NCBI GenBank assembly: GCA_903945175.1
Contig: CAJAUM010000100.1
Location: forward strand, 6,709-70,708
DNA: 64,000 bases
DNA from: an uncultured Bacteroidales bacterium
GTDB lineage: Bacteria; Bacteroidota; Bacteroidia; Bacteroidales; FEN-979
Reading direction: 5' to 3'
The position numbers were made by a program, and so were the translations under genes. The notes below the pieces were generated by a model, which was given only the letters and a program-made list of their open reading frames with translations, did no database searches and had not been told where the DNA came from. This document shows, one piece after another, positions 55,801 through 64,000 of the stretch. How positions within the stretch are numbered: the stretch's first letter is position 1; each line of letters begins with the position of its first letter.

Positions 55801-58800
55801 CCGCAGCGGGAATGGGACAAGCCGTAGTAAAGGTGAGGTCGGCGCCATTCGATGTACCTGTAGCATTGGTAGCAACAATCCTGAAGTGATAGGTGGTATT
55901 CAGCGAAAGGCCAACGACGTTTGCAACCACCGGGGTTACGCTGTTACCTGTAACAGTTCCGGGCGTTCCTGCAATGGTACTTCCATAAGAAGCTGTCAGA
56001 CCATATTCAAAGGTGACGGTGGAACTCTGGTTGTTGGCATTCACCGTCCCGTTCAGGGTACCTGTACTTACACCAATTGAGGTGGCAGCCTGGGTAACAA
56101 CATCGGGGGCCAAGGCGCCGGTGGTGAAGGTTAGGTCGGCGCCATTGGTTGTGCCTCCGCTGTTAACGCCCACTGCGCGGAAGTGGTACAATGTGTTGGG
56201 AGCTAAACCAACGAGGTTTGCCAGAACACTTACATCCGTAAGTCCGTTTACAGACGAGGGAGTTGCAGTAACGGACGATCCATAGGCGATGGTTGTCCCA
56301 TATTCGAAGTTCACTGCAGTTGAAGAGTTATTGGCATTGACAAGTCCATTCACCGTAGCCGTTGAAGCAGTAAGCAGCGTGGCAGCGGTGGTTGTCACGG
56401 TAGGCGCCACAGCCGATGAGGTAAAGAAGGTCATGTCGTCGCCATTGGTGGTACCCGCGGAGTTAACACCCACCACCCTGAAGTGATAGGTCGTACCGAC
56501 TGTGAGGCCTGCGATGGAAACGCTGACCGGCGTGACGGAATAACCGCTTACAGGACTTTGGGTGGCTGTAACGATGGTTCCATATCCGGTGGTAAGTCCA
56601 TACTCAAAGGTTACCGTAGTGCTTAAATTGTTGGCATTCACTGTACCATTCAATTGTGCTCCGGCAACGGTGATCAGCGTGGCCGCGGTGGTCACCACGG
56701 TCGGGGCGATGGTACCGGTGGTAAAGGTAAGGTCGGCGCCATTGGTGGTTCCTCCGCCATTAACACCCACTGCGCGGAAGTGATACAAGGTGTTGGGAGC
56801 CAAACCGGTGAGGTTGGCCAATACACTTACATCTGTAAGTCCGGTAACCGGTGAAGGGGTTGCTGTAATGGTAGAACCATAGGATACGGTTGTTCCATAT
56901 TCAAAGGTCACAACGGTGGAAGCATTGTTGGCATTCACAAGACCATTCACGGTAGCTGTTACACCCGTAACCAGTGTCGCTGCTGTGGTGGTCACCACAG
57001 GCGCCACGGCTGCCGAAGTAAAGAAGGTGAGGTCGGCCCCATTGGTTGTGCCTGCCCCATTTACAGCCACAACCCTGAAATGATAGGTTGTTCCGACCGT
57101 AAGGCCAGCGATGGAAACGCTGACCGGTGTGTCGGTATAACCGGTAACCGGGCTTTGGGTGGCAGAGACTACGGTGCCGTATGAGGCGGTGAGTCCATAC
57201 TCAAAGGTGACGGTAGTGCTTGAATTATTTGCATTCACCGTGCCATTCAGTTGGGCCGTGGCAATGGTAACCGAGGTGGCGGCGTTTGTCATAGCCGTTG
57301 GGGCAATGGCGCTGGTGGTAAAGGTCAGATCCAGTCCATTGGAGGTTCCTGCTCCATTCACTCCAACCGTGCGGAAGTGATAGGTTGTGTTGGGAGCCAG
57401 GCCGGTGAGTGAATAGGTTACAGGGGTAACGGAGTAACCGCTCACAGGACTTTCAGGAGCCGTAACGGTGGTTCCGTAACTTGCGGTAAGTCCATACTCG
57501 AAGGTGACGGTGGTAGCCGAGTTGTTGGCATTGACCGTACCATTGAGCTGGGCGCCGGTGCCTGTGACAGCGGTGGCCGCATTGGTCACTACTGTGGGAG
57601 CTATTGCCGAAGTGGTGAAGGTCAGATCGGCGCCGTTGTAGATGGCCGTACCAACGGTACCCACAGCCCGGTAATGGTAAAGGGTGTTGGGCGGGGTAAG
57701 GCCGGTGAGTGTTGCGCTGATGGCGGTGGTGGTAGATCCGGTTACAGGCGTTGGAGCAGCGGTAGCCGTACTTCCATAGGAAACGGTTGTACCGTATTCA
57801 AAGGATGTAGCCACACTCTGTGTACAACCATTCACCGTGCCGTTGAGCGCTGCGCCTGTTGATGTAATGGCGGTAGCTGCTGTAGTTACGACCTGAGGAA
57901 GTTCATATGCACCCATGGAGGGGGGTGTCATTCTGGTTATCCCTGCAAAGTCAGTGGTGATACTGGGAATGGCATTACCTGTAGCAAGAAGCGGTTGCTG
58001 GGGATGAAGATCGGCCGGCGAAACGAATAGCGGATCAACTGATAATGAGTTGGCATCCTGACCTGAGGCGGTCTTCCATGCTGCTAAATCAGCCTGATCG
58101 GCGGCTCCCCATAAACCTAATGGAGTGCTGGTTGTAAACAGATCATTGTAATTCGAAGTAAAACCGGTTGTGTTAGAAACTCCAATCGCATAAGGTTTGA
58201 TGGTCCCACCACTTCTGGAATTAACCAACACGTTGTTTACAAGCTGAATGGTTGATGCTGCAGATTTAAAGAAACCATAACTTGAATTTGTACCGGCCGC
58301 AGTTCCATAAACATTTACCGAATTAAAGTAATAGTTGTTCGTACCTGTACTCAAATCATTAATCCCGTAAATTCTCGTTTCCGGGGTTGTACCCGTACCT
58401 ATGGATACCAAATTGTTAAAATAACTTCCACTGCCAGAACTTACATAGATGCCATAAACCTGCGGAGAACTCGCTCCTGTTCCGGTTCCGTTAGATTTAA
58501 TGTTATAGATGAAGTTATTTTTCACAGTTGAGTTTGTCCAATTCCCTGCCTGAATAATACCAACAGTTGTATAGGCTGCGGTGCCAGGGTTTGAGTTAAA
58601 GATATTATACACGGAATTCCCTTCGATATTATTTCCTGAAGTAGCAGTAGAAACATAAATACCTATAGGCAAAAATGAATATCCTGTGCTCGTGCTGTTG
58701 GATTTTATATCCCGAACCGTATTGTTCTTAATCGAAATAGTCCCTCCGAGAATATACATACCCGCAGTACGGTCACCAGCTCCTCCGTAATAGGCTACGT

Positions 58801-61800
58801 TGCCAATGGTATTGTTCTCAATATTTATAATACCGGATGAACCTGAGTATATAATTCCGTTATCCATACCATTTCTGATGGTATCAGATGCAAGGGCGCC
58901 ACCTCCGAAAGTGTTTCCGGTAACTGTACCAGCATTTACATTTCCTGAACTGATATACAAGCCATAAACACTAGATCCAATAGTGTTTCCAAAGTTTGAC
59001 AGTGTATTTCCCTGAACACTTGTGGCTGCTCCTGTTCCTCCTGTAACATGAATACCATAGACATTACCAGTAGTTGCAAGTGCAGCTCCTGTGCGGGCCG
59101 CATCCGAACCACCAAAACTGTTGGCGGAGATAAGGTGACCATTTCCGGCACCTACATAAATACCATACAGAGAAGTTGTTCTTGCAGCAGTCTGGTATAT
59201 GCTATTGCCTGTAAAGGTATACCCATTTCCATTTCCGGTGGATGATAAATAGATTGCACCGTTGGTGAAGTTAAACAGCTCGTTATTTGTAAAGGTGTTC
59301 GCGGTGTTTTCTTTTAACGATGTTCCACTTGAATAAACAAGATTGAAAGGAACACCAGCTGCATCACTTCGATCCCGGATAATATTCTCGGTGAAGAGGT
59401 TATTGCTATTTCCGGTTACTCCTGTTGTAGTACTTAGCAGGATGACGCCGGAAGTACCCGTATTTGCACCCTCAATATAACAATTACGAACAGTATTCCC
59501 TGAAGCGCCATTTAAGAACGTAAGCGCAGGGCCGGAAGTACTCAGGTTCCTGAACCTCAGGTATTTTCCTGTTCCCCCGCTACGCCCATCGATGGTAATG
59601 CGATCAGCTCCTGAAAGCCGGATCATACCAGCAGCTACGGTTCCTGAAATTATTTTTTCCGTCGCATCATTCGATTGAATGGTCGCAGTAAAGAGCGAAC
59701 CTTCAGGCTCTACCGCCAATTCGTTAAGCGCGTTGGTTCCATCCTCAGTGAGGTTACTGAGAACATTGATTGTAAGGTTTCCAGTTACAACACCAGCGTT
59801 GATTGCTGCAAATGCGCCTGTAGCGCCTGTGAGCGATGGATAGGCTCCCCCTGTCCCTACTGTCAGCGTGCCGGTAAATGGAGCGCCAATGAGGTAGGTC
59901 AGCGGAGTTGCAGGTGCCGTACTGATGTTTAGTACCGGAGGAGATGTGCTGGCTACAGCGCCCACTGCCAGGGAACTAAAATTATTGGCTGCATCCTGGG
60001 CAACAACAAAATATTGTATAATATCACCCGCAACAACACTTCCGCCATTGATAATGCTGTAATCAATGGTGAAATTATAAGGACTTGTACTGTTACTTGC
60101 GACTGCATATTTCCAGCCATTGTCGGCGCTTGTATTACCCACGAAAGCATTTGCGTCGGTAGATTTTTTAAAGTATAGTCTGGGAAGATTGGCTCCACCT
60201 GAAACGGCAACATTATCCGTAATGGTAGCGAAATTTGTTAAAACACGATTGGTGATTAGGCCAGTTGGGAGTGGTGTATAAACAATATTGGGAGCAAATA
60301 TATCGGCTGAGGCAGTAAAATTACCTGCATCAGCTCCGATATCCGGAGGGCTGAGTGTGCTTCTGACTTGGCTGTCGAAATCATCAGTAACATTTGTCAG
60401 GGCAATACCTGAAGCTTCTATTGGCGTTGGATTTTGAATATGTAAATCAACGGTCGAGCTGGTTCCATTGGGAAGAATAAAATTCGGGTCGCCACTTCCA
60501 CTTGCAATATCCTTACCCGTTGCAACAACCCAGTTGGTTAAGGAGGTGACATTGGCGCCATAATATCCAAATGTCCCATTGGTAGCACCATTGGCGAGGA
60601 TAAGGTTGTAATTGCTTACAAGGCCAGCAGGATTTACCCCTGTTCCGGCAACCTTAATCCCGAAATGCCTGGCGGTTGATCCGCCCGACCTTGCATTAAA
60701 GAAAATGTTATTCAAGTATGACCTGGGGTTCACAGTCACAATACTGTTAAAAGCATAGGTGCTAACTGTGCCTGAAGCAATCGTTCCTCCAATGTAAATG
60801 CTGTTGTTGAGGACGCTGTCAACATTTGCGGCACCTTCATAGATACCGTTAATGCCACATGACGTGCTCATAGAGGTTCCGTCTCCCTTCACACCAAGAC
60901 GGATCATATTGTTTTTATACACCCCAAGGTTACTCGCGATGTAAATACCGTTCATAACCGCAGTGGTTCCGGTAGTTGCTAATTCAAAACTGTGTATCAG
61001 ATTTTTTTCACAATTAACACTACCCCCTACCCCACTAACATAAATACCATTTATTGCGACATTAGCTGTTGCAGCTGTATTCGATAGATTATAAATGGTG
61101 TTTTGCCGGATAATCTGTCCTGGTTTTGAATTAGAGGAAGATATACCCACCATGGATGCAGTATTGGTTGCAACCGTATTTGCAGATGTGGTTGTAAGGT
61201 TGTAAATCGCATTCTGTGCAATCGTTACAGGAAGATTTGTGCCTGCACTTCTAATTCCAAGAACATAAGATCCTGTCCCTGATTTTAGGTTCGTGACGTT
61301 GGCTATGGTATTATTGGATACTGAAAGGGTCTGCGTTGTACCTGTAGTTATGTTTTGATAAAACCCAGCAAACAAACCCGAATTGGTACCTGCGGTGAAC
61401 TGGATGCTGTTGGGAGTTGTTGCACTACCAATCGTATTTCCGTTCACAGTGAAATTTCCTGTAACTGTTGATGGAGCAAGCAAGACCCCAATTAATGTTG
61501 CACTTGATGCTGAAGTGCCGCTTATTGTGATGGATCCAATCTGGTTGTTAACAATAGAACCGGATGGTCCACTAAAACTTATACCGTAATAAGATGCGGC
61601 ATTAGCTCCGGCGCCATAGGTAATGGAGATTGCGCCTGTACCCGTTGCGCCACCTATGATATTTGGGGTTTCGGTGCCGATATTGCAAATTCCAGATGAA
61701 ATTAACATACCACTAAAATGAGTACCACCGGAAGAGGGATTCGTAAATAAATTGATATTGGAGATTGTATTACCCTGGATAGAGTTTATGTTGGCAGTTA

Positions 61801-64000
61801 ACATCGTGGCTCCAAACCGGATCGGGTAAAAAAAGTTTAAGATTGTCGGAGGGGTCCCGTTCCCGTTTACCGTCCAAGCCGTACCACCACAATTGGCTTC
61901 AGAGCCTCCAATATAGTTGCCGGTTATAATATAACCATCACCGGAACCTGGAAGAATTGCATGGAACCCTGTTCCAACTGTCGGGCTTCTTGGAACCGAT
62001 TGATAGAAACTATTGCCGGATATCGTCCACTGCGTACATCCTGCATTGAGAAGAATCCCTAGTGCGGATCCTCCATTTGCATAAAAGTCATGGATAAGGC
62101 AATTGGAAACGGTATTATTACTATTATACTGGGCGAGTGTGGTAATCGTTCCATTTCCATAAATTGAGTATAATGGTGTGGTGGCACCAGCACTTATATC
62201 GCAATTGTCAATGGTATTGTTATCGTTACCATTTGTGCCTGTTGTGCCACTGAAGGTAATGGTTCCCATGGTGGCGTTGTTAACTCCTTTGACGGTGCAA
62301 TACTGTAAAGTGTTATTGCTGGCCTCGTTGATATACTGAACGGCATAACCTGTTAAAGCGCTGTTTTCAATAACTAAATCCCTGGTGGACCCTGTAGCAT
62401 TTACACGTCCGTCAAAGACCACATATTTTGCCCCATTCAGATTCAATGTTCCAGTAGCGTTGTTGCTGGTAATGGAGAGGCCTGTAGCAGAAGGATACAC
62501 GGTAATTTTGTTGGTAGCACTTGCTCCGGGAATATTTTGTGCCAGGACTGGAAATGTTTCAACGGTACTGACGTAGGTTGATTGGAGTACAAGATTTAAT
62601 GGTCCGTTAACTCCGTTTTCGCTGAGAGACTGAAAAGCAGCTGTAAGTGAGAAAAAATCACCCGTAGGTCCAATGTTCTTATTCCCACTCAAAGGAACTG
62701 GTGCCAAGGTGGTGGTTGAATTCAACAATGGGCTGGCACTTTTATACGATGGACCTCCGGCACATGATGCGTCATTTGCTGAAAATACAAAGTAATAATA
62801 CATTGTGGAGGAAAGTAAACCGCTGGAAATAAAGCTATTACCTGTGCCATAGTAGTCTACTACACCACCTCCCAATGAACTGCCAACGGAATATGTCGTG
62901 CCATTAACCGGAGAGGCCGAAAGAGAGGAACTCAGACTGCGTACAACCAAATAGTTATCCACACCTGAAGCTGCTGTAAAAGTACCTGCGACTGTGGAAA
63001 CAGCTGGTGTGAGAGTCAAATATGTTGGTTGATCAGAAGGACTATAGCATTGTGCAAGAAGAGTAACATCATCAAGAAACGTATTATTGCCATAAGCACT
63101 AACACCCTCAAAGATTACATATCTTCCATTGCCGCCAGAACCTGCCGGCATATTAAATGAGTACCTATACCAACCATCGGTGGTGACAACAGGAGTAAGG
63201 TTAGAGGCTCTGTTAATGGTGCCAAGCAAAGTGGCGCCAGTAGTGTTGGGTGCTGTATTGTAATAAACATTGACAAGGTCTGCACTGGTACTAAATCCCG
63301 CATCTCGGTACATCCAGAATGATACACCATACAAATCGCTCGGGAAATTGATGGCTGGAGTGACTAAAATCCCCTTGGTGCCGCTAGCAAATGAAAAATT
63401 GTAATATCGAGCCATGCCTGCACCGGAATGTGGTGTACAAGTAGGGTATGTACCTGCTGTTTGACGATCCCATATTCCGGGTGTTCCTGTACCAGCTGTT
63501 TTGATGTTTGTCCAATCAACTGGAGCAAATAGGGTTCCATCGAAGCTTTCGGTATAGGGGAATGTTGTAATAACAAAAGGCGGTAGAGGTGTAGCAGATG
63601 TGAGTGAAATATTATCAATTGAAACCGGAGGATCGGTTCCAAACGAATTATCATTCTGCCAAGTAAAAATTAACCTAAAAGTAGTGCCAGCCAATGTTGC
63701 TGGAAGTGAAACAGATGCTAAAGCATATGCAGCTTGAGGAAAAACAGTTTGAGTATAAACCAATGTTGCACCTGTTAATGTTATCGAATTTGAAGCAGGT
63801 ACACCTACCACAGGAGTCACAGATGTGGGCGCTGTATAGATAAGCAATCTATCCCACCCATCTTCACCTTCACCTTTCCATTGAAATGTAAGTGAAATAT
63901 CAGATTGACCTGCAGGAACAATAATGTCTCGGTAAAAATGTGACGTTTGACTTACATTGTTATCATAGGTCCACGATGTTCCAGCGTCCTTTGAAACAAA
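52850..64000 (-). CDS. Giant T9SS-secreted surface/adhesin-like protein (more than 3716 aa; 5' end beyond the window)
   Basis: The frame stays open to nt 64000 (..FVSKDAGTSWTYDNN..GWDRLLIYTAP). Order of domains: MAM/choice-of-anchor-J-like domains, two long parallel beta-helix-like modules (NNxI/NxxxN repeats), 7 FN3-like FEYG units, PKD/Ig-like units and 8 tandem 81-aa Ig-like units. The type-A T9SS C-terminal domain is YPVPNEGRFNASI..IYNQLGSKIFE..SGIYSVVFTNSELKIIRKVLVNK. Confidence 0.9.
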   Translation of the reverse strand, partial: FVSKDAGTSWTYDNNVSQTSHFYRDIIVPAGQSDISLTFQWKGEGEDGWDRLLIYTAPTSVTPVVGVPASNSITLTGATLVYTQTVFPQAAYALASVSLPATLAGTTFRLIFTWQNDNSFGTDPPVSIDNISLTSATPLPPFVITTFPYTESFDGTLFAPVDWTNIKTAGTGTPGIWDRQTAGTYPTCTPHSGAGMARYYNFSFASGTKGILVTPAINFPSDLYGVSFWMYRDAGFSTSADLVNVYYNTAPNTTGATLLGTINRASNLTPVVTTDGWYRYSFNMPAGSGGNGRYVIFEGVSAYGNNTFLDDVTLLAQCYSPSDQPTYLTLTPAVSTVAGTFTAASGVDNYLVVRSLSSSLSASPVNGTTYSVGSSLGGGVVDYYGTGNSFISSGLLSSTMYYYFVFSANDASCAGGPSYKSASPLLNSTTTLAPVPLSGNKNIGPTGDFFSLTAAFQSLSENGVNGPLNLVLQSTYVSTVETFPVLAQNIPGASATNKITVYPSATGLSITSNNATGTLNLNGAKYVVFDGRVNATGSTRDLVIENSALTGYAVQYINEASNNTLQYCTVKGVNNATMGTITFSGTTGTNGNDNNTIDNCDISAGATTPLYSIYGNGTITTLAQYNSNNTVSNCLIHDFYANGGSALGILLNAGCTQWTISGNSFYQSVPRSPTVGTGFHAILPGSGDGYIITGNYIGGSEANCGGTAWTVNGNGTPPTILNFFYPIRFGATMLTANINSIQGNTISNINLFTNPSSGGTHFSGMLISSGICNIGTETPNIIGGATGTGAISITYGAGANAASYYGISFSGPSGSIVNNQIGSITISGTSASSATLIGVLLAPSTVTGNFTVNGNTIGSATTPNSIQFTAGTNSGLFAGFYQNITTGTTQTLSVSNNTIANVTNLKSGTGSYVLGIRSAGTNLPVTIAQNAIYNLTTTSANTVATNTASMVGISSSNSKPGQIIRQNTIYNLSNTAATANVAINGIYVSGVGGSVNCEKNLIHSFELATTGTTAVMNGIYIASNLGVYKNNMIRLGVKGDGTSMSTSCGINGIYEGAANVDSVLNNSIYIGGTIASGTVSTYAFNSIVTVNPRSYLNNIFFNARSGGSTARHFGIKVAGTGVNPAGLVSNYNLILANGATNGTFGYYGANVTSLTNWVVATGKDIASGSGDPNFILPNGTSSTVDLHIQNPTPIEASGIALTNVTDDFDSQVRSTLSPPDIGADAGNFTASADIFAPNIVYTPLPTGLITNRVLTNFATITDNVAVSGGANLPRLYFKKSTDANAFVGNTSADNGWKYAVASNSTSPYNFTIDYSIINGGSVVAGDIIQYFVVAQDAANNFSSLAVGAVASTSPPVLNISTAPATPLTYLIGAPFTGTLTVGTGGAYPSLTGATGAFAAINAGVVTGNLTINVLSNLTEDGTNALNELAVEPEGSLFTATIQSNDATEKIISGTVAAGMIRLSGADRITIDGRSGGTGKYLRFRNLSTSGPALTFLNGASGNTVRNCYIEGANTGTSGVILLSTTTGVTGNSNNLFTENIIRDRSDAAGVPFNLVYSSGTSLKENTANTFTNNELFNFTNGAIYLSSTGNGNGYTFTGNSIYQTAARTTSLYGIYVGAGNGHLISANSFGGSDAARTGAALATTGNVYGIHVTGGTGAATSVQGNTLSNFGNTIGSSVYGLYISSGNVNAGTVTGNTFGGGALASDTIRNGMDNGIIYSGSSGIINIENNTIGNVAYYGGAGDRTAGMYILGGTISIKNNTVRDIKSNSTSTGYSFLPIGIYVSTATSGNNIEGNSVYNIFNSNPGTAAYTTVGIIQAGNWTNSTVKNNFIYNIKSNGTGTGASSPQVYGIYVSSGSGSYFNNLVSIGTGTTPETRIYGINDLSTGTNNYYFNSVNVYGTAAGTNSSYGFFKSAASTIQLVNNVLVNSRSGGTIKPYAIGVSNTTGFTSNYNDLFTTSTPLGLWGAADQADLAAWKTASGQDANSLSVDPLFVSPADLHPQQPLLATGNAIPSITTDFAGITRMTPPSMGAYELPQVVTTAATAITSTGAALNGTVNGCTQSVATSFEYGTTVSYGSTATAAPTPVTGSTTTAISATLTGLTPPNTLYHYRAVGTVGTAIYNGADLTFTTSAIAPTVVTNAATAVTGTGAQLNGTVNANNSATTVTFEYGLTASYGTTVTAPESPVSGYSVTPVTYSLTGLAPNTTYHFRTVGVNGAGTSNGLDLTFTTSAIAPTAMTNAATSVTIATAQLNGTVNANNSSTTVTFEYGLTASYGTVVSATQSPVTGYTDTPVSVSIAGLTVGTTYHFRVVAVNGAGTTNGADLTFFTSAAVAPVVTTTAATLVTGVTATVNGLVNANNASTVVTFEYGTTVSYGSTITATPSPVTGLTDVSVLANLTGLAPNTLYHFRAVGVNGGGTTNGADLTFTTGTIAPTVVTTAATLITVAGAQLNGTVNANNLSTTVTFEYGLTTGYGTIVTATQSPVSGYSVTPVSVSIAGLTVGTTYHFRVVGVNSAGTTNGDDMTFFTSSAVAPTVTTTAATLLTASTATVNGLVNANNSSTAVNFEYGTTIAYGSSVTATPSSVNGLTDVSVLANLVGLAPNTLYHFRAVGVNSGGTTNGADLTFTTGALAPDVVTQAATSIGVSTGTLNGTVNANNQSSTVTFEYGLTASYGSTIAGTPGTVTGNSVTPVVANVVGLSLNTTYHFRIVATNATGTSNGADLTFTTACPIPAAAGTISGPANVCKPSTGHVYTVAAIADATGYTWTLPTGATITSGGNTNSITVSFAASAASGNMTVKGTSTCGEGTVSPAFVVTIDPDLAVGTIASSQPVCYGLAPGLLTSTAPNGTAPTYQWQSSPDNITFTDISTATGATYQPGALTATTYFRQIQNSTGTCGGPLPTNVVTITVNTLPVATAANSGPVCVGSTLNLTGGPAGMTTYAWTGPNGFTSAVQNPSIATVTTAAAGDYTLIVTNASGCISAGTSTTVVVNVNPVSTAANSGPVCVGSTLNLTGGPAGMTTYAWTGPNGFTSAVQNPSIVSVTTAAAGDYTLIVTNASGCISAGTSTTVVVNVNPVATAANSGPVCVGSTLNLTGGPAAMTAYAWTGPNGFTSALQNPSIVSVTTAAAGVYTLIVTNASGCISAGATTTAVVNVNPVATATNSGPVCVGSTLNLTGGPAAMTTYAWTGPNGFTSAVQNPSIANVTTVAAGDYTLIVTNANGCISAGTSTTVMVNVNPVATAANNGPVCEGSTLNLTGSPSGMTTYAWTGPNGFTANVQSPAVANITPAAAGAYTLVVTNANGCFSAAASTTVLINPAPVPTASNNGPLCAGSTLFLVGGPAGMNAYAWSGPNGFTSNTINPTVFNVTPADAGVYMLTITNALGCTGSIGTTVVINALPAPTAANNGPMCEGLTLNLFGQPSGATSYSWSGPNGFTSNVQNPTIANVTAAASGQYVLVVANTSGCQNSASTSVTIYAKPATTATNNGPLCAGSTLNLTGAPDGMTSYAWSGPAGFTSGVQNPVIANATTAASGVYTLLATNALGCSASANTTVVVNAIPGAPVIAEDNDVLTSSAPAGNQWYFNGALIAGATEQTYTATLSGNYYCVVTLNGCVSPQSNILYVVITGQQEIPSSASFVVYPVPNEGRFNASIQYPVESTFTIAIYNQLGSKIFELKDVKTIGGKVEKLIDLRPIPSGIYSVVFTNSELKIIRKVLVNK
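53340..55280 (-). repeat. 8 tandem copies of a 243-nt (81-aa) unit inside the giant gene
   Basis: Unit consensus: NPVATAANSGPVCVGSTLNLTGGPAGMTTYAWTGPNGFTSAVQNPSI.NVTTAAAGDYTLIVTNASGCISAGTSTTVVVNV. An exact 89-nt identity exists between 54783-54871 and 55026-55114, an offset of 243. Boundaries are approximate. Confidence 0.9.
55823..57898 (-). repeat. 7 tandem FN3-like units of about 99 aa (about 297 nt) inside the giant gene, with A/B alternation
   Basis: Each unit carries ..LNGTVNANN..TVTFEYG.T..YG..V.A...PV.G......V.L.GL...T.YHFR.V.VN..G...G.DLTFTT. Units 3/5 share SVSIAGLTVGTTYHFRVV and units 4/6 share GLTDVSVLANL.GLAPNTLYHFRAVGVN. Confidence 0.85.

Noticed and set aside
1-64000. Search for tRNA/rRNA genes, integrases, transposases, prophage or conjugative modules.
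   Set aside because: Intergenic regions are short apart from 23271-23750. None shows tRNA-like cloverleaf sequence (no GTTCRANYC T-loop seen), and no ORF has recombinase or transposase motifs. The only island-like signal is the AT-rich R-M gene.

Overview
The window reads as a mostly housekeeping chromosomal segment of a Bacteroidota genome. The taxonomic call is inferred from two type-A T9SS C-terminal sorting domains, recurrent TAnnTTTG -7 promoter boxes 17-79 nt upstream of start codons, a DUF4290-murA pair, fused secDF, fused ccoNO, and A-rich rather than Shine-Dalgarno leaders. I support about 45 protein-coding genes. They include a truncated UvrD-type helicase, murA, grpE-dnaJ, an ABC-2 transporter pair, and an arginine-decarboxylase-like / deoxyhypusine-synthase-like polyamine pair. 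Also present are secDF, a large OmpA-family protein, a PurM-like gene, prfA, pyrF, ilvE, htpG, a LemA-TPM-TPM module and rsmE. A complete cbb3 oxidase locus runs ccoI-ccoS-ccoNO-ccoQ-ccoP-ccoG-fixH-DsbD_2-like-cytochrome c. The remainder comprises a BNR/PKD T9SS cargo protein, a solitary 1238-aa type IIG restriction-modification enzyme in an AT-rich patch, a DUF4159 protein, a five-gene Hdr-like Fe-S/flavoprotein cluster, typA, and a surface protein of more than 3700 aa that runs off the right edge. I saw no rRNA, tRNA, CRISPR array, transposase or integrase. Five items seem most worth a second look. (1) The Hdr-like cluster, which ends in a fused membrane + HdrD-like subunit. (2) The lone type IIG R-M gene, whose composition is mosaic. 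(3) A family of 7-nt-period (RCGTGAC)n arrays, plus one 8-nt-period array, all sitting on or next to gene 3' ends. (4) The giant T9SS protein, with near-identical 243-nt tandem repeats and an A/B super-repeat of FN3-like domains. (5) MurA with Asp at the fosfomycin-target Cys position. All functional calls rest on motif recognition by eye. No HMM or BLAST search was possible, so family names are hypotheses to confirm.
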